Origin: a virus
Direction: 5' to 3' (one strand)
Virus record (IMG/VR): IMGVR_UViG_3300005805_000049
Coordinates: 32,001-96,000 of that record
Length of the DNA stretch: 64,000 nucleotides
In this document: piece by piece, positions 1 to 8,902 of the stretch
Numbering within the stretch: position 1 is the first letter of the stretch
Layout of the letters: each line of letters starts with the position of its first letter
Position numbers and translations under genes: made by a program
Notes under the pieces: model-generated
The model's database searches: none
The model's input: the letters and a program-made list of their open reading frames with translations, nothing else
Told to the model about the DNA's origin: nothing

Positions 1-732
1 CTAGTATCTCCTCAAAAAGGCGATGTTGTAAACAACGTTGGTCAAGAAGCTGATGCAATCGTGTCGTTCCGCAACAACCTAAGATCGACATCTTATGCTG
101 TACTAGATTCTGGTTACAAGTATATGTACGACCGTTACAATGACATTTACCGTTGGATTCCTCTAAATGGTGATGTTGCTGGTCTTTGCGTTCGCACAGA
201 TTCAACAAACGATGCTTGGTGGTCACCAGCTGGTTACAATCGCGGTCAAATTAAAAATGTTGTTAAACTAGCGTTCAATCCAAGACAATCTGAACGTGAT
301 ACTCTTTATAAGAATGGAATCAACCCAGTAGTGACTTTCCCTGGTCAAGGAACGATTCTATTTGGTGACAAGACGCTGTTAGCAAAGCCATCGGCATTTG
401 ATCGTATCAACGTCCGTCGTCTATTCATTGTTCTCGAAAAAGCAATTTCTCGTGCTTCAAAGTACACACTATTCGAGTTCAACGATGAATTTACACGCTT
501 GCAATTTAAGAATCTAGTTGTTCCATATCTTCGCGACATTCAAGGTCGTCGAGGTATCACAGACTTCTTAGTTGTTTGCGACGGAACAAACAACACGCCA
601 GAAGTAATTGATCGTAATGAGTTTGTTGGTGATATCTACATTAAACCAAACAGAAGCGTGAATTTTATTCAGTTGAACTTCGTAGCAGTCCGTACTGGTA
701 TTGCTTTTTCGGAAGTAATTGGTAGATTTTAG
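1..732 (+). CDS. gp18: Tail sheath protein, C-terminal part (frame open from base 1, 5' truncated)
   Basis: WWSPAGYNRG, LYKNGINPV, FDRINVRRLF, FEFNDEFTR and IYIKPNRS motifs of T4-like gp18; lies upstream of gp19. Confidence 0.97.
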   Translation, partial: LVSPQKGDVVNNVGQEADAIVSFRNNLRSTSYAVLDSGYKYMYDRYNDIYRWIPLNGDVAGLCVRTDSTNDAWWSPAGYNRGQIKNVVKLAFNPRQSERDTLYKNGINPVVTFPGQGTILFGDKTLLAKPSAFDRINVRRLFIVLEKAISRASKYTLFEFNDEFTRLQFKNLVVPYLRDIQGRRGITDFLVVCDGTNNTPEVIDRNEFVGDIYIKPNRSVNFIQLNFVAVRTGIAFSEVIGRF

Positions 733-757
733 AACAAAGCCAAGGAGATGAAACAAA

Positions 758-1606
758 ATGTGTATTATAAATGATCTAAAAAAACAAAGATTAATCAATG
801 ATAATGAAAAAGTTTCTCCTTGGTTAGAACGAAAAATAAGTGAAGATTTAAGAAAAAAAATACTCCGGGAGACTTGTTTCCTGGAGTATAATGCCAAATT
901 GTCAGATCGTATAAAAATTATCCAACTTGGTATAAAGGAGCAGCCTAAATGCAAGTGCGGAAACGTTTTAAAATATGAAAAAACACTTTCTAATTTTACA
1001 GAGTATTGCTCAGTATCATGTGTTTCATTGTATACCATAGAAAAAAAACTTGATACCAATCAAGAACGATATGGCAAGCGTTCTATGTTCGCTACAATAT
1101 CTAAAGAACAAAAAACAATTAACGCTAAAAAAGCAGCAGATATTAGTAAAAAATCAATATTAAAGAAATATGGTGTAACCAACGTCATGTACGTTCCAGA
1201 AGTTAAAAAAAATCATTTAGAAAAAGTTAGAGACCAAAAATTTCAAAACAAACGGATATCCACAAGAAGTAAAACTAATAAACATTATTGTTATGACACG
1301 AACGATTTAAACAGTTATAGAAGAGCAGTATTACATTACACCAGACACTCTGGGTTTGAATCGTTACCCAACCATGATAAAAGAGGACGTAGTGGCACTG
1401 AAGGCGCATATCAGTTGGATCATAAAATTTCTATATTTGAAGGGTTTATTAAAAAAATCGACCCTCAAATTATAGGATCAATTAATAATCTGCAATATAT
1501 TACTTGGCAGGAAAACGTCAAGAAGAGTTGTACATTTGTTATTATAAATAGTACAGACACCATTTTCAACAATAATAAAAATAAGGAGTCACGAAATGGC
1601 TTTTAA
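758..1606 (+). mobile_element. Free-standing HNH-type homing endonuclease
   Basis: C-terminal LDHKIS..NNLQYITWQENVKK HNH-like motif; CKCG/YCSVSC Zn motifs; KYGVTNV repeat; AT-richer than the flanks; inserted between gp18 and gp19. Confidence 0.75.
1543..1550 (+). promoter_or_regulatory. T4-type late promoter TATAAATA for gp19
   Basis: Exact consensus about 45 nt upstream of the gp19 ATG. Confidence 0.8.
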
Positions 1607-2204
1607 TGTTAATGATTTCAGGTCGAATGGGTTGAGCCTCGGTGGCGCTCGTCCATCTCTATTTGAAATTGTTTTTCCTGAATGGCCAGGGTCTGCTGGT
1701 ACTGATGCCAGACAGAAACTTACGCTATTAGCAAAAGCATCGCAAATTCCACCTTCAATCATCGGTCAGGTGGAGATCCCATATTTTGGCCGTCGAATTA
1801 AACTAGTTGGCGATAGAGTTTATACCAACTGGAATGTCACTATTATGAACGACGAAGATTACTCAATTCGTCAAGCAATGGAAGATTGGCATGCTCAGCT
1901 AAATTCTCACGTTGGCAACTTAATGACGACTGATAGTGCACCAAGACCTGGCACATCAACTACCAGTTCTACCTCTGGTTATAAAAGAGATGCCATCGTC
2001 AATCATTATTCAAAAACTGGAACTCTATTAAAGACATACACAATGGTTGGGTTATTTCCTGTAACAATCAGCGAAATGGCACTTGATTGGGAAGCTATTG
2101 ATCAGGTTCAGCAGTTTGATGTTGAGTTTGCTCTAGATTATTGGGTTCCATATGAGATCAATTCAAGTTCCCAACAAGTTGAGACTCAGTTAACTATCGG
2201 ATAA
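1596..2204 (+). CDS. gp19: Tail tube protein
   Basis: GGARPSLFE, IPYFGRRIKLVGDR.Y..W.VT and F.VEFALDYW motifs; synteny. Confidence 0.95.
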   Translation: MAFNVNDFRSNGLSLGGARPSLFEIVFPEWPGSAGTDARQKLTLLAKASQIPPSIIGQVEIPYFGRRIKLVGDRVYTNWNVTIMNDEDYSIRQAMEDWHAQLNSHVGNLMTTDSAPRPGTSTTSSTSGYKRDAIVNHYSKTGTLLKTYTMVGLFPVTISEMALDWEAIDQVQQFDVEFALDYWVPYEINSSSQQVETQLTIG

Positions 2205-2217
2205 GAGATAACAATAG

Positions 2218-3747
2218 ATGAAATTATTTGGCTTTAGAATTGAGCGTGATACAGAAGAAGATATCCAGACCCAGAAATCGTTTGCTGCTGAAGTGACCGA
2301 TGACGGAGCAGTATTAGTTGCTGCTGGAGGCACTTTTGGTACTTATGTGGATTTAGATGGGACAGTTCGCACTGAAGCTGAATTGGTTTCAAAATACCGT
2401 GAAATGGCTTTGCAACCAGAAATTGGCAAAGCGGTCGATGAAGTAACTAACGAAGCAATAGTTATCGAGGACGACGAACCAATCGTTGAAATCGTCCTCG
2501 ATGATATGCCAGTTCAAGACAACCTAAAAAAAGTAATATCACAAGAGTTTGAAAACATTCTGAGCATCATCGATTTCCAAAACGATGCATACGACATGTT
2601 TAAGAGATGGTACATCGATGGACGCAGTTATTATCATGTAATCATCGATGAAAATGCTCTGGACGAAGGGATTAAAGAATTAAGATACGTTGATCCACGT
2701 AAGATTCGAAAGATTAGAGAGATTCAAAAGACTTCGGATCCAGCGACTGGCGTGCCAGTACAGATAACAAAAGCTGAGTATTATATGTATAATGACAGGG
2801 GATTCAACTATTCAAACAGACAAGCGATCCCTGATTCTAGCACTTCAACAGGAATCAGAATCCAGCCAGATTCAATCATTCATGTGACTTCTGGAATTAT
2901 GGATGAGAACAATACAATGGTATTGTCATATCTCCATCCGGCAATTAAACCGTTGAATCAGTTAAGAGCTTTAGAAGATTCATCATTGATTTATCACTTG
3001 TCAAGAGCTCCTGAAAGAAGAATTTTCTATATTGATGTTGGCAATTTGCCAAAAATGAAAGCAGAGCAGTATGTTCGAGAGATGATGGTTAAATATAAAA
3101 ACAAGTTGTCATACAATGCGCAAACCGGCGAAATCAAAGATGATCGCAAATTCATGACGATGCTGGAAGATTATTGGCTTCCAAGACGTGAAGGTGGTAG
3201 AGGCACGGAAATTGATGTGCTTCAAGGAGGTACAGCATTGCCTCAACTTCTTGAGTCTGTTCAATACTTTCAAGACAGATTGTATAGGTCGTTACAAGTT
3301 CCTTTGACCAGAATGAAACCTGATGCTGTATATAATCTTGGTAGGGCGACTGAAATTACAAGAGATGAAGTAAACTTTTCAAAGTTTATCAATCGAGTAA
3401 GATCAAAATTTGCCTATTTATTCATATCAGCGCTCGAGAAACAATTAGTGTTGAAAAGAATCGTTGCGCCGGAAGATTGGGAACAGTTAAAACGCTATCT
3501 GAAGTTTAAGTTTAACAAAGACAATTACTTTGCTGAGCTCAAAGACCTTGAATTGATGAACGATCGGTTCGTTCGTCTTCAAGAAATTGATCAGTATGCT
3601 GGAAAGTACTATTCCCATACCTGGGTACGTAAAAACATTCTTAAACAGACTGACAAAGACATCGAAGAGAACGATCAACAGATCTATCAAGAGTTTGAAA
3701 ACCCACAATTTAATCAAGAGTTATTGCAACAAGAAATAATGCAATAA
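2218..3747 (+). CDS. gp20: Portal vertex protein
   Basis: WYIDGR, RAPERRIFYIDVGNLPKMKAEQY, EDYWLPRREGGRGTEI. Confidence 0.98.
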   Translation: MKLFGFRIERDTEEDIQTQKSFAAEVTDDGAVLVAAGGTFGTYVDLDGTVRTEAELVSKYREMALQPEIGKAVDEVTNEAIVIEDDEPIVEIVLDDMPVQDNLKKVISQEFENILSIIDFQNDAYDMFKRWYIDGRSYYHVIIDENALDEGIKELRYVDPRKIRKIREIQKTSDPATGVPVQITKAEYYMYNDRGFNYSNRQAIPDSSTSTGIRIQPDSIIHVTSGIMDENNTMVLSYLHPAIKPLNQLRALEDSSLIYHLSRAPERRIFYIDVGNLPKMKAEQYVREMMVKYKNKLSYNAQTGEIKDDRKFMTMLEDYWLPRREGGRGTEIDVLQGGTALPQLLESVQYFQDRLYRSLQVPLTRMKPDAVYNLGRATEITRDEVNFSKFINRVRSKFAYLFISALEKQLVLKRIVAPEDWEQLKRYLKFKFNKDNYFAELKDLELMNDRFVRLQEIDQYAGKYYSHTWVRKNILKQTDKDIEENDQQIYQEFENPQFNQELLQQEIMQ

Positions 3748-3772
3748 CAAGCACAAAATCAGGAGACCCCTA

Positions 3773-4045
3773 ATGTCAAACGTAAGTAACCTAATCATCG
3801 AAGCTATCGAAAAAAAGCCATATGACATGAAAGGCACCTTTCATCAGTTAATGGCTAGCAAAATTGAAGAAGCTTTAGAAGCAAAGAAAATTGAAGTCGC
3901 AGAGTCATTCTTCGGTCCAGAAGATCAAGAAGTTGAAGACACGTTCGAAGAAGATCTTGGGGGCAACAAGTCCGAAGACGATTCGTCTGATTCAGACGAA
4001 GAAGATGACACAGATGAAACTGAAGACGAGTCAGAGGACGAATAA
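3773..4045 (+). CDS. Prohead core protein, gp67-like
   Basis: Small, acidic tail, ALEAKKIEVA..FF; directly after the portal gene. Confidence 0.7.
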   Translation: MSNVSNLIIEAIEKKPYDMKGTFHQLMASKIEEALEAKKIEVAESFFGPEDQEVEDTFEEDLGGNKSEDDSSDSDEEDDTDETEDESEDE

Positions 4046-4047
4046 CG

Positions 4048-4425
4048 ATGGGTAAACTGCTAAAAGATTTTCTTGCTGAGTTATACGAACCTCGTTCTCC
4101 AGACGAGAAGAAGTTCGTTGATAAGCACGTAATTACAAAATTCAAGAACATGTATTCCGGAGAAGAGTATGATCCCGTATTCAAAGGATCAAAAGTAGCT
4201 CCAATCGATCGTGAAAAAGAACGTCATGGGTATAGTTCTGGCGCTGATGAAAAAGTATATGAGGAGGTTGAGCCGCTCGATGAGGTTCTAAAAGTTTCTG
4301 ATGGTATCGGTAAGTGGATCTCTGATTTTGTTAAATCAGATAACCCAAAGTTTGCCGGCAAATCTAAGAAAGAACGTCAAAAGCAAGCTATTGCCGCTTT
4401 CTATGCTGCAAAACGTAAAGGTTAA
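4048..4425 (+). CDS. Head-associated protein (gp68 position)
   Basis: SDNPKFAGKSKKER..AIAA motif seen in T4-like head proteins; N-terminus LLKDFLAE resembles a capsid-targeting sequence. Confidence 0.6.
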   Translation: MGKLLKDFLAELYEPRSPDEKKFVDKHVITKFKNMYSGEEYDPVFKGSKVAPIDREKERHGYSSGADEKVYEEVEPLDEVLKVSDGIGKWISDFVKSDNPKFAGKSKKERQKQAIAAFYAAKRKG

Positions 4426-4427
4426 TT

Positions 4428-4802
4428 ATGGCAAGTTCAATCATTCATAACAGAAAAAATCTATCTGTTACTGTGCATGCAACGTCAAATACTACGTTAA
4501 CGATTGCTGGTAACAACTCAGTTTCTAACGTAGCAATTGGTGATGAGGTGTTAACTGGCGCTGCAATTAAGCAAATATGGGCATCTAGTCCTTCGGGCAA
4601 CGGAGCGTATTGGACAGTTAAACGTGGAGCAAATACTGTAGTGGTTATGGACTCTACATCGTGGTTTGATTTTGCGGGCAATGGCAATTTATTAAACAAA
4701 GATTCTTCTGCAACTCTAGTATTGGAGCTTTCCAATGTTGGCGACGATCAAGGTTTCATTATGATCGAATTGCAGAAAGAAGGTACCCCAGTACAGTACT
4801 AA
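4428..4802 (+). CDS. Hypothetical virion protein
   Basis: Beta-rich S/T/N/G composition; tightly packed in the head operon. Confidence 0.55.
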   Translation: MASSIIHNRKNLSVTVHATSNTTLTIAGNNSVSNVAIGDEVLTGAAIKQIWASSPSGNGAYWTVKRGANTVVVMDSTSWFDFAGNGNLLNKDSSATLVLELSNVGDDQGFIMIELQKEGTPVQY

Positions 4803-4813
4803 GGAAAAGCAAA

Positions 4814-5461
4814 ATGAAACTTATTACAGAGTTAATGGAAGGAATTTCTTACATTTCTGAAGCAAGAGAAGACGGTAAGAAAAACCTTTATATTGAAGGA
4901 GTATTCATGCAATATGATACTCCAAATAGAAACGGAAGAATCTACAATCGCTCTATTATGGAACGAGAAGTTAATCGTTATGTCAATGAAGTAGTTTCAC
5001 AAAAAAGAGCTTATGGCGAACTGAACCACCCATCCGGACCCCAAATTAATTTGGATCGTGTTTGCCACATTATCGAGAACTTAGAACTAAGGTCTAATGG
5101 TGAAGTACTTGGTAAAGCCAGAGTAGTTGATACTCCAATGGGTAATATTGTCAAAGGTCTTTTAGAAGGCGGAGCAAACCTTGGTGTTTCTTCACGAGGT
5201 CTCGGATCTTTGAAAGAAGGCAAAAATGGCATTATGGAAGTTCAACAAGACTTCCGCTTGGTCACGGCAGCCGATGTTGTCGCTGATCCATCAGCCCCAA
5301 GAGCTTATATTAATGGAATCATGGAAAACGTTGACTGGGTATTTAATGAAGCAAATGGCGAATGGATTAAACAAACTCAAAAACACATTCACTCACTATC
5401 AAAAACACAATTAGAAGAACAGAAGATTGTTCTTTTCAAAAATTTCTTGAAAACTCTTTAA
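4814..5461 (+). CDS. gp21: Prohead protease
   Basis: NRNGRIY, GELNHP, GVSSRGLGS, DVVADPSAP. Confidence 0.97.
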   Translation: MKLITELMEGISYISEAREDGKKNLYIEGVFMQYDTPNRNGRIYNRSIMEREVNRYVNEVVSQKRAYGELNHPSGPQINLDRVCHIIENLELRSNGEVLGKARVVDTPMGNIVKGLLEGGANLGVSSRGLGSLKEGKNGIMEVQQDFRLVTAADVVADPSAPRAYINGIMENVDWVFNEANGEWIKQTQKHIHSLSKTQLEEQKIVLFKNFLKTL

Positions 5462-5462
5462 A

Positions 5463-5470
5463 TATAAATA
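5463..5470 (+). promoter_or_regulatory. Late promoter TATAAATA for gp22
   Basis: Exact consensus in the intergenic gap. Confidence 0.85.
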
Positions 5471-5499
5471 AACTAAAATATCCCAAAAGGAGACAATAA

Positions 5500-6501
5500 A
5501 TGGCTAAAAAGAAGTTAGAAGAACAAGTTGAAAATGTAGAAATTGATTCTTCTGTTGACGAAACAATTGAAGAAACAACTGCATCAGATTCAATTGAAAT
5601 GCAACCATCAGACGCTTCACGTGCATCGATGATGGCTCAGGCTACCACACAAATGGCTGCAATGGACAAGTCAATGCTTGCTCAAGTACTAGCAATGATG
5701 AACTCCAAAGAGTTTGCCAAAAACATTCCCGACGACGCTGCTGACAAAAACCGTCAGTCAGTTGCAATGAAGGGTGCAATGAAAGAAGACGTTGCTGAGC
5801 TATTCGATGGCGAGCAACTTTCCGAAGAATTTAAAGAAAAGACTGCTGTTCTATTCGAAGCTGCAGTGACAGCTCGTGTAAATCAGATCGAAGTTGAACT
5901 AAAGGAAAAGTTTGATAGCGATCTTGAACAGCAAGTTGGTGAGATTACTGAAACGCTTTCTGAACAAGTCGATCAGTATCTTTCATATGTTGCCGAACAA
6001 TGGGTCAAAGAAAATCAAATTGCGATTGAATCGTCACTTCGCAATGAAATGACCGAAAGCTTCATTGTTGGTCTAAAGGATCTGTTTGAGCAACATTACA
6101 TTCAATTCCCTGAAGACAAAGTAGACGTTGTCGAAGCTCTTGCTGAAAAGGTTGACAACCTCGAAGAACAACTGAATGACCAAATCAATGCGAACCTCGA
6201 ACTAGTCGAAGCTGTTCATGAATATTCAAAGAAACAGCTATTGGACGAAGCTTCTGAAGGACTGGCACTCTCTCAAGTTGAGAAGTTCCATACGCTTGCT
6301 GAGTCAGTAGAGTTTGACTATGACGAAGAAGCTTATAAGAATAAGCTGAATATCATCAAAGAAAAATATTTTGGCGCAAAAGCGAAACCATCTACACTAT
6401 TCGAGTCAGTTGAAGTTGAGAAAACCGAAAGTGAACCAGTGTACTTGGAACCACAAATTGCTAACTATGCCAAAGCGATTTCACGTACCATCAAAAGATA
6501 A
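5500..6501 (+). CDS. gp22: Prohead core scaffold protein
   Basis: LSEEFKEK..LFEAAV, YLSYVAEQW..EN; acidic coiled coil between gp21 and gp23. Confidence 0.95.
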   Translation: MAKKKLEEQVENVEIDSSVDETIEETTASDSIEMQPSDASRASMMAQATTQMAAMDKSMLAQVLAMMNSKEFAKNIPDDAADKNRQSVAMKGAMKEDVAELFDGEQLSEEFKEKTAVLFEAAVTARVNQIEVELKEKFDSDLEQQVGEITETLSEQVDQYLSYVAEQWVKENQIAIESSLRNEMTESFIVGLKDLFEQHYIQFPEDKVDVVEALAEKVDNLEEQLNDQINANLELVEAVHEYSKKQLLDEASEGLALSQVEKFHTLAESVEFDYDEEAYKNKLNIIKEKYFGAKAKPSTLFESVEVEKTESEPVYLEPQIANYAKAISRTIKR

Positions 6502-6508
6502 GTTATTT

Positions 6509-6516
6509 TATAAATA
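6509..6516 (+). promoter_or_regulatory. Late promoter TATAAATA for gp23
   Basis: Exact consensus upstream of a GGGAG RBS. Confidence 0.85.
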
Positions 6517-6554
6517 GTAAATAAACCCAAAAAATAAAAGGGAGAATAATAAAA

Positions 6555-7898
6555 ATGTTATCAGAACAACTAGTTGCAAAGTGGAAGCCAATTCTTGAGC
6601 ATGAAGAACTTTCACCAATTAAAGATCTTCATCGCCGTAATGTAACTGCAGCACTTCTCGAGAACACAGAAAAAGCTCTACGTGAAAACGCTGCTTACTC
6701 TTCACAGTTCCTAGTTGAAACACCAGTCAATGCGATGGGTGCTTCTTCTTCAACTGCAAGCGATGGCTCCATTGACATCTTCGATCCAGTTCTAATTTCT
6801 CTGGTTCGTCGTTCAATGCCAAACCTTATTGCGTATGACATCTGCGGCGTTCAGCCAATGACCGGTCCAACAGGACTAATCTTCGCAATGCGCGCCCGTT
6901 ATGCTAACCAAACTGGCACAGAAACCTTCTATCAAGAAGTTAACACTGCATTCTCTTCAGTCGTTACCGGTGCTAACACACTTGGTCAGAAGCACGTTGG
7001 TGATACACCAGGCAACACAACTGTAACAGCTAACCTTGCTGAAACCGGTCTATACAACTTTGGTTCCGGCATGTCAACAGCTCAAGCTGAAGCTCTTGGC
7101 GATGCTTCAAACGTTGCTTTTGCTCAAATGGCTTTCTCAATCGAGAAGGTTCCAGTAACTGCAAAGTCACGTGCTCTAAAAGCTGAGTACACGATGGAAC
7201 TCGCTCAGGACCTTAAAGCATCTCATGGTCTTGACGCTGAAACCGAACTATCTAACATTCTTTCTAGCGAAATTCTCGCAGAAATCAACCGTGAAGTAGT
7301 TCGTACAATCTACGTAACAGCTCAAAAAGGTGCAACAACCGGCACAACCACAGCTGGTATTTTCGATCTTGATACAGACTCAAACGGCCGCTGGTCAGTT
7401 GAAAAGTTCAAGGGCCTAATGTTCCAAATCGAACGTGAAGCTAACAAGATTGCCAAAGACACCCGTAGAGGTAAGGGTAACGTAATCATCTGCTCTTCAG
7501 ATGTTGCTTCTGCTCTACAAATGGCTGGCATTCTCGATTATGCTCCAGCTCTAAATTCAAATCAGCTAAACGTCGACGATACTGGCAATACATTTGCTGG
7601 TGTTCTCAACGGTCGTATGCGCGTTTACATCGATCCATATGCAACCGGTTCTAACTACATGGTAGTTGGTTATAAGGGTCCTGGTCCATTCGATGCTGGT
7701 CTATTCTACTGCCCATACGTTCCACTACAAATGGTTCGTGCAGTCGATCAGGATTCATTCCATCCAAAGATCGGGTTTAAGACTCGTTATGGCATGGTTG
7801 CAAATCCATTCGCTGAAGGTTCAACAGCTGGTGCTGGTGCTCTAACAAAAGACTCTAACGTATACTACCGCAGAGTGCTTGTTACAAACCTCATGTAA
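6555..7898 (+). CDS. gp23: Major capsid protein
   Basis: GVQPMTGPTGLIFAMR, KSRALKAEYTMELAQDLKA, FYCPYVPL, KIGFKTRYG. Confidence 0.99.
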   Translation: MLSEQLVAKWKPILEHEELSPIKDLHRRNVTAALLENTEKALRENAAYSSQFLVETPVNAMGASSSTASDGSIDIFDPVLISLVRRSMPNLIAYDICGVQPMTGPTGLIFAMRARYANQTGTETFYQEVNTAFSSVVTGANTLGQKHVGDTPGNTTVTANLAETGLYNFGSGMSTAQAEALGDASNVAFAQMAFSIEKVPVTAKSRALKAEYTMELAQDLKASHGLDAETELSNILSSEILAEINREVVRTIYVTAQKGATTGTTTAGIFDLDTDSNGRWSVEKFKGLMFQIEREANKIAKDTRRGKGNVIICSSDVASALQMAGILDYAPALNSNQLNVDDTGNTFAGVLNGRMRVYIDPYATGSNYMVVGYKGPGPFDAGLFYCPYVPLQMVRAVDQDSFHPKIGFKTRYGMVANPFAEGSTAGAGALTKDSNVYYRRVLVTNLM

Positions 7899-7920
7899 GG
7901 TTTGTCAAATAACCAACTAG

Positions 7921-7948
7921 AAAGAGGGGCAGTTGCCCCTCTTTTTTT
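7921..7948 (+). terminator. Intrinsic terminator after gp23 (possibly bidirectional)
   Basis: AAAGAGGGGC-agtt-GCCCCTCTTT followed by a T-tract. Confidence 0.9.
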
Positions 7949-7995
7949 ATGCCAACAGCCATTTAGGAGCATCACGTTTGGTATACTTTATTACC

Positions 7996-8283
7996 TCAAA
8001 CGAGATGCTTGTTCTTGTAAGCATGGACGAGTGCACGTTCAGCTTCATCCTCAACGTTGTTGCGATATATCAACCGTCCATTATAGACCTTTGCAAAAAG
8101 CCGACCTCTTTCATATGCCCACGCTTCTTTGCAACCTGCAATATCGTAATTGAAAGGCTTGTTGGTCAACACGGAATTATATCCCAGCTGAAACCAGCCG
8201 TTTCTGATGATTTGCTTGTAAGTCGTCTTGACAACACGAGTATTTCCCGACTGATACGCCTTGCTCTTGCGAGTGTTAGCCAT
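7996..8283 (-). CDS. Hypothetical protein, early, minus strand
   Basis: AAAGGA RBS 7 nt before the ATG, own sigma70-like promoter, converges on the gp23 terminator. Confidence 0.7.
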   Translation of the reverse strand: MANTRKSKAYQSGNTRVVKTTYKQIIRNGWFQLGYNSVLTNKPFNYDIAGCKEAWAYERGRLFAKVYNGRLIYRNNVEDEAERALVHAYKNKHLV

Positions 8284-8312
8284 GTCGAAGTCCTTTCGAT
8301 TGCTTCAAAGGC

Positions 8313-8340
8313 AACATACACCAATAGTTGAACAGGTCAA
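8313..8340 (-). promoter_or_regulatory. sigma70-like promoter TTGACC-16-TATGTT
   Basis: Same TTGACCTG..TG-TAT pattern as the promoters at 13101(-) and 47438(+). Confidence 0.6.
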
Positions 8341-8370
8341 CAGCTAAATTTGCTAGATGATAAATAATAA

Positions 8371-8476
8371 ATGAGAGATAAGGTGTTGCGTACTCTCAAC
8401 CAAATCCTCTGAATAACGAGAATTAAAAAAACACCAACAGAGGATATCTAAGGGAGCTTTTCAGCTCCCTTTTTTT
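8371..8476 (+). ncRNA. Candidate late small structured RNA (two hairpins with loop-loop pairing)
   Basis: GATAAATA late promoter 8359-8366; stems TGAGAG/CTCTCA and ATCCTCTG/CAGAGGAT; loops GGTGTT/AACACC are complementary; ends in a terminator. Confidence 0.6.
8450..8476 (+). terminator. Intrinsic terminator
   Basis: AAGGGAGC-ttttca-GCTCCCTT plus T-tract. Confidence 0.9.
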
Positions 8477-8512
8477 GTTTTGATAAATACTATCATTTCA
8501 AGGAGATTTGCA

Positions 8513-8902
8513 ATGGCAAGACCTAAAGGCTCACCAAATAAAAACAAATTACAGCTCTCTCCAGACAAACAACTGTCTCCTGATCATGTTGCTGAAGTAA
8601 AACAAAAAGCTAAGGCCGCTCAATCGAAGAGAAAGCCTCGGAAAACAGAAACGGAAAAGATCGAAAATGCGTTAGATACGATCCGTAAAATGATGGGACA
8701 AAAAAGAGCAAAGGCTGCTGTAAAACCATCTGATAATTATGATGTTGGTTACAAATTTGCTGAACCTTTAGCGGGAAAGAGAAAAACTGCAGCTGAACTG
8801 GCAAAGATCGCATTGGAAAAGGATCCTTCACGCGACAGATCGATTGAAACGACTGAAACTTATGCTAAAGCTAGACTAAAAAGAGTAAAAGGGTCACAAT
8901 AA
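8513..8902 (+). CDS. Basic late protein with an AT-hook-like N-terminus
   Basis: AAGGAG RBS, GATAAATA at 8482-8489, MARPKGSPNK motif, Lys-rich. Confidence 0.65.
   Translation: MARPKGSPNKNKLQLSPDKQLSPDHVAEVKQKAKAAQSKRKPRKTETEKIENALDTIRKMMGQKRAKAAVKPSDNYDVGYKFAEPLAGKRKTAAELAKIALEKDPSRDRSIETTETYAKARLKRVKGSQ

Noticed and set aside
7902-8331. Plus-strand ORFs 7902-8153 and 7933-8331
   Set aside because: They start in or across the gp23 terminator without an RBS; the minus-strand ORF has both an RBS and a promoter
8371-8445. preQ1-I riboswitch, suggested by the A-rich pseudoknot and the que genes
   Set aside because: The loop consensus does not match, the element is far from the que genes, and the downstream gene has its own promoter
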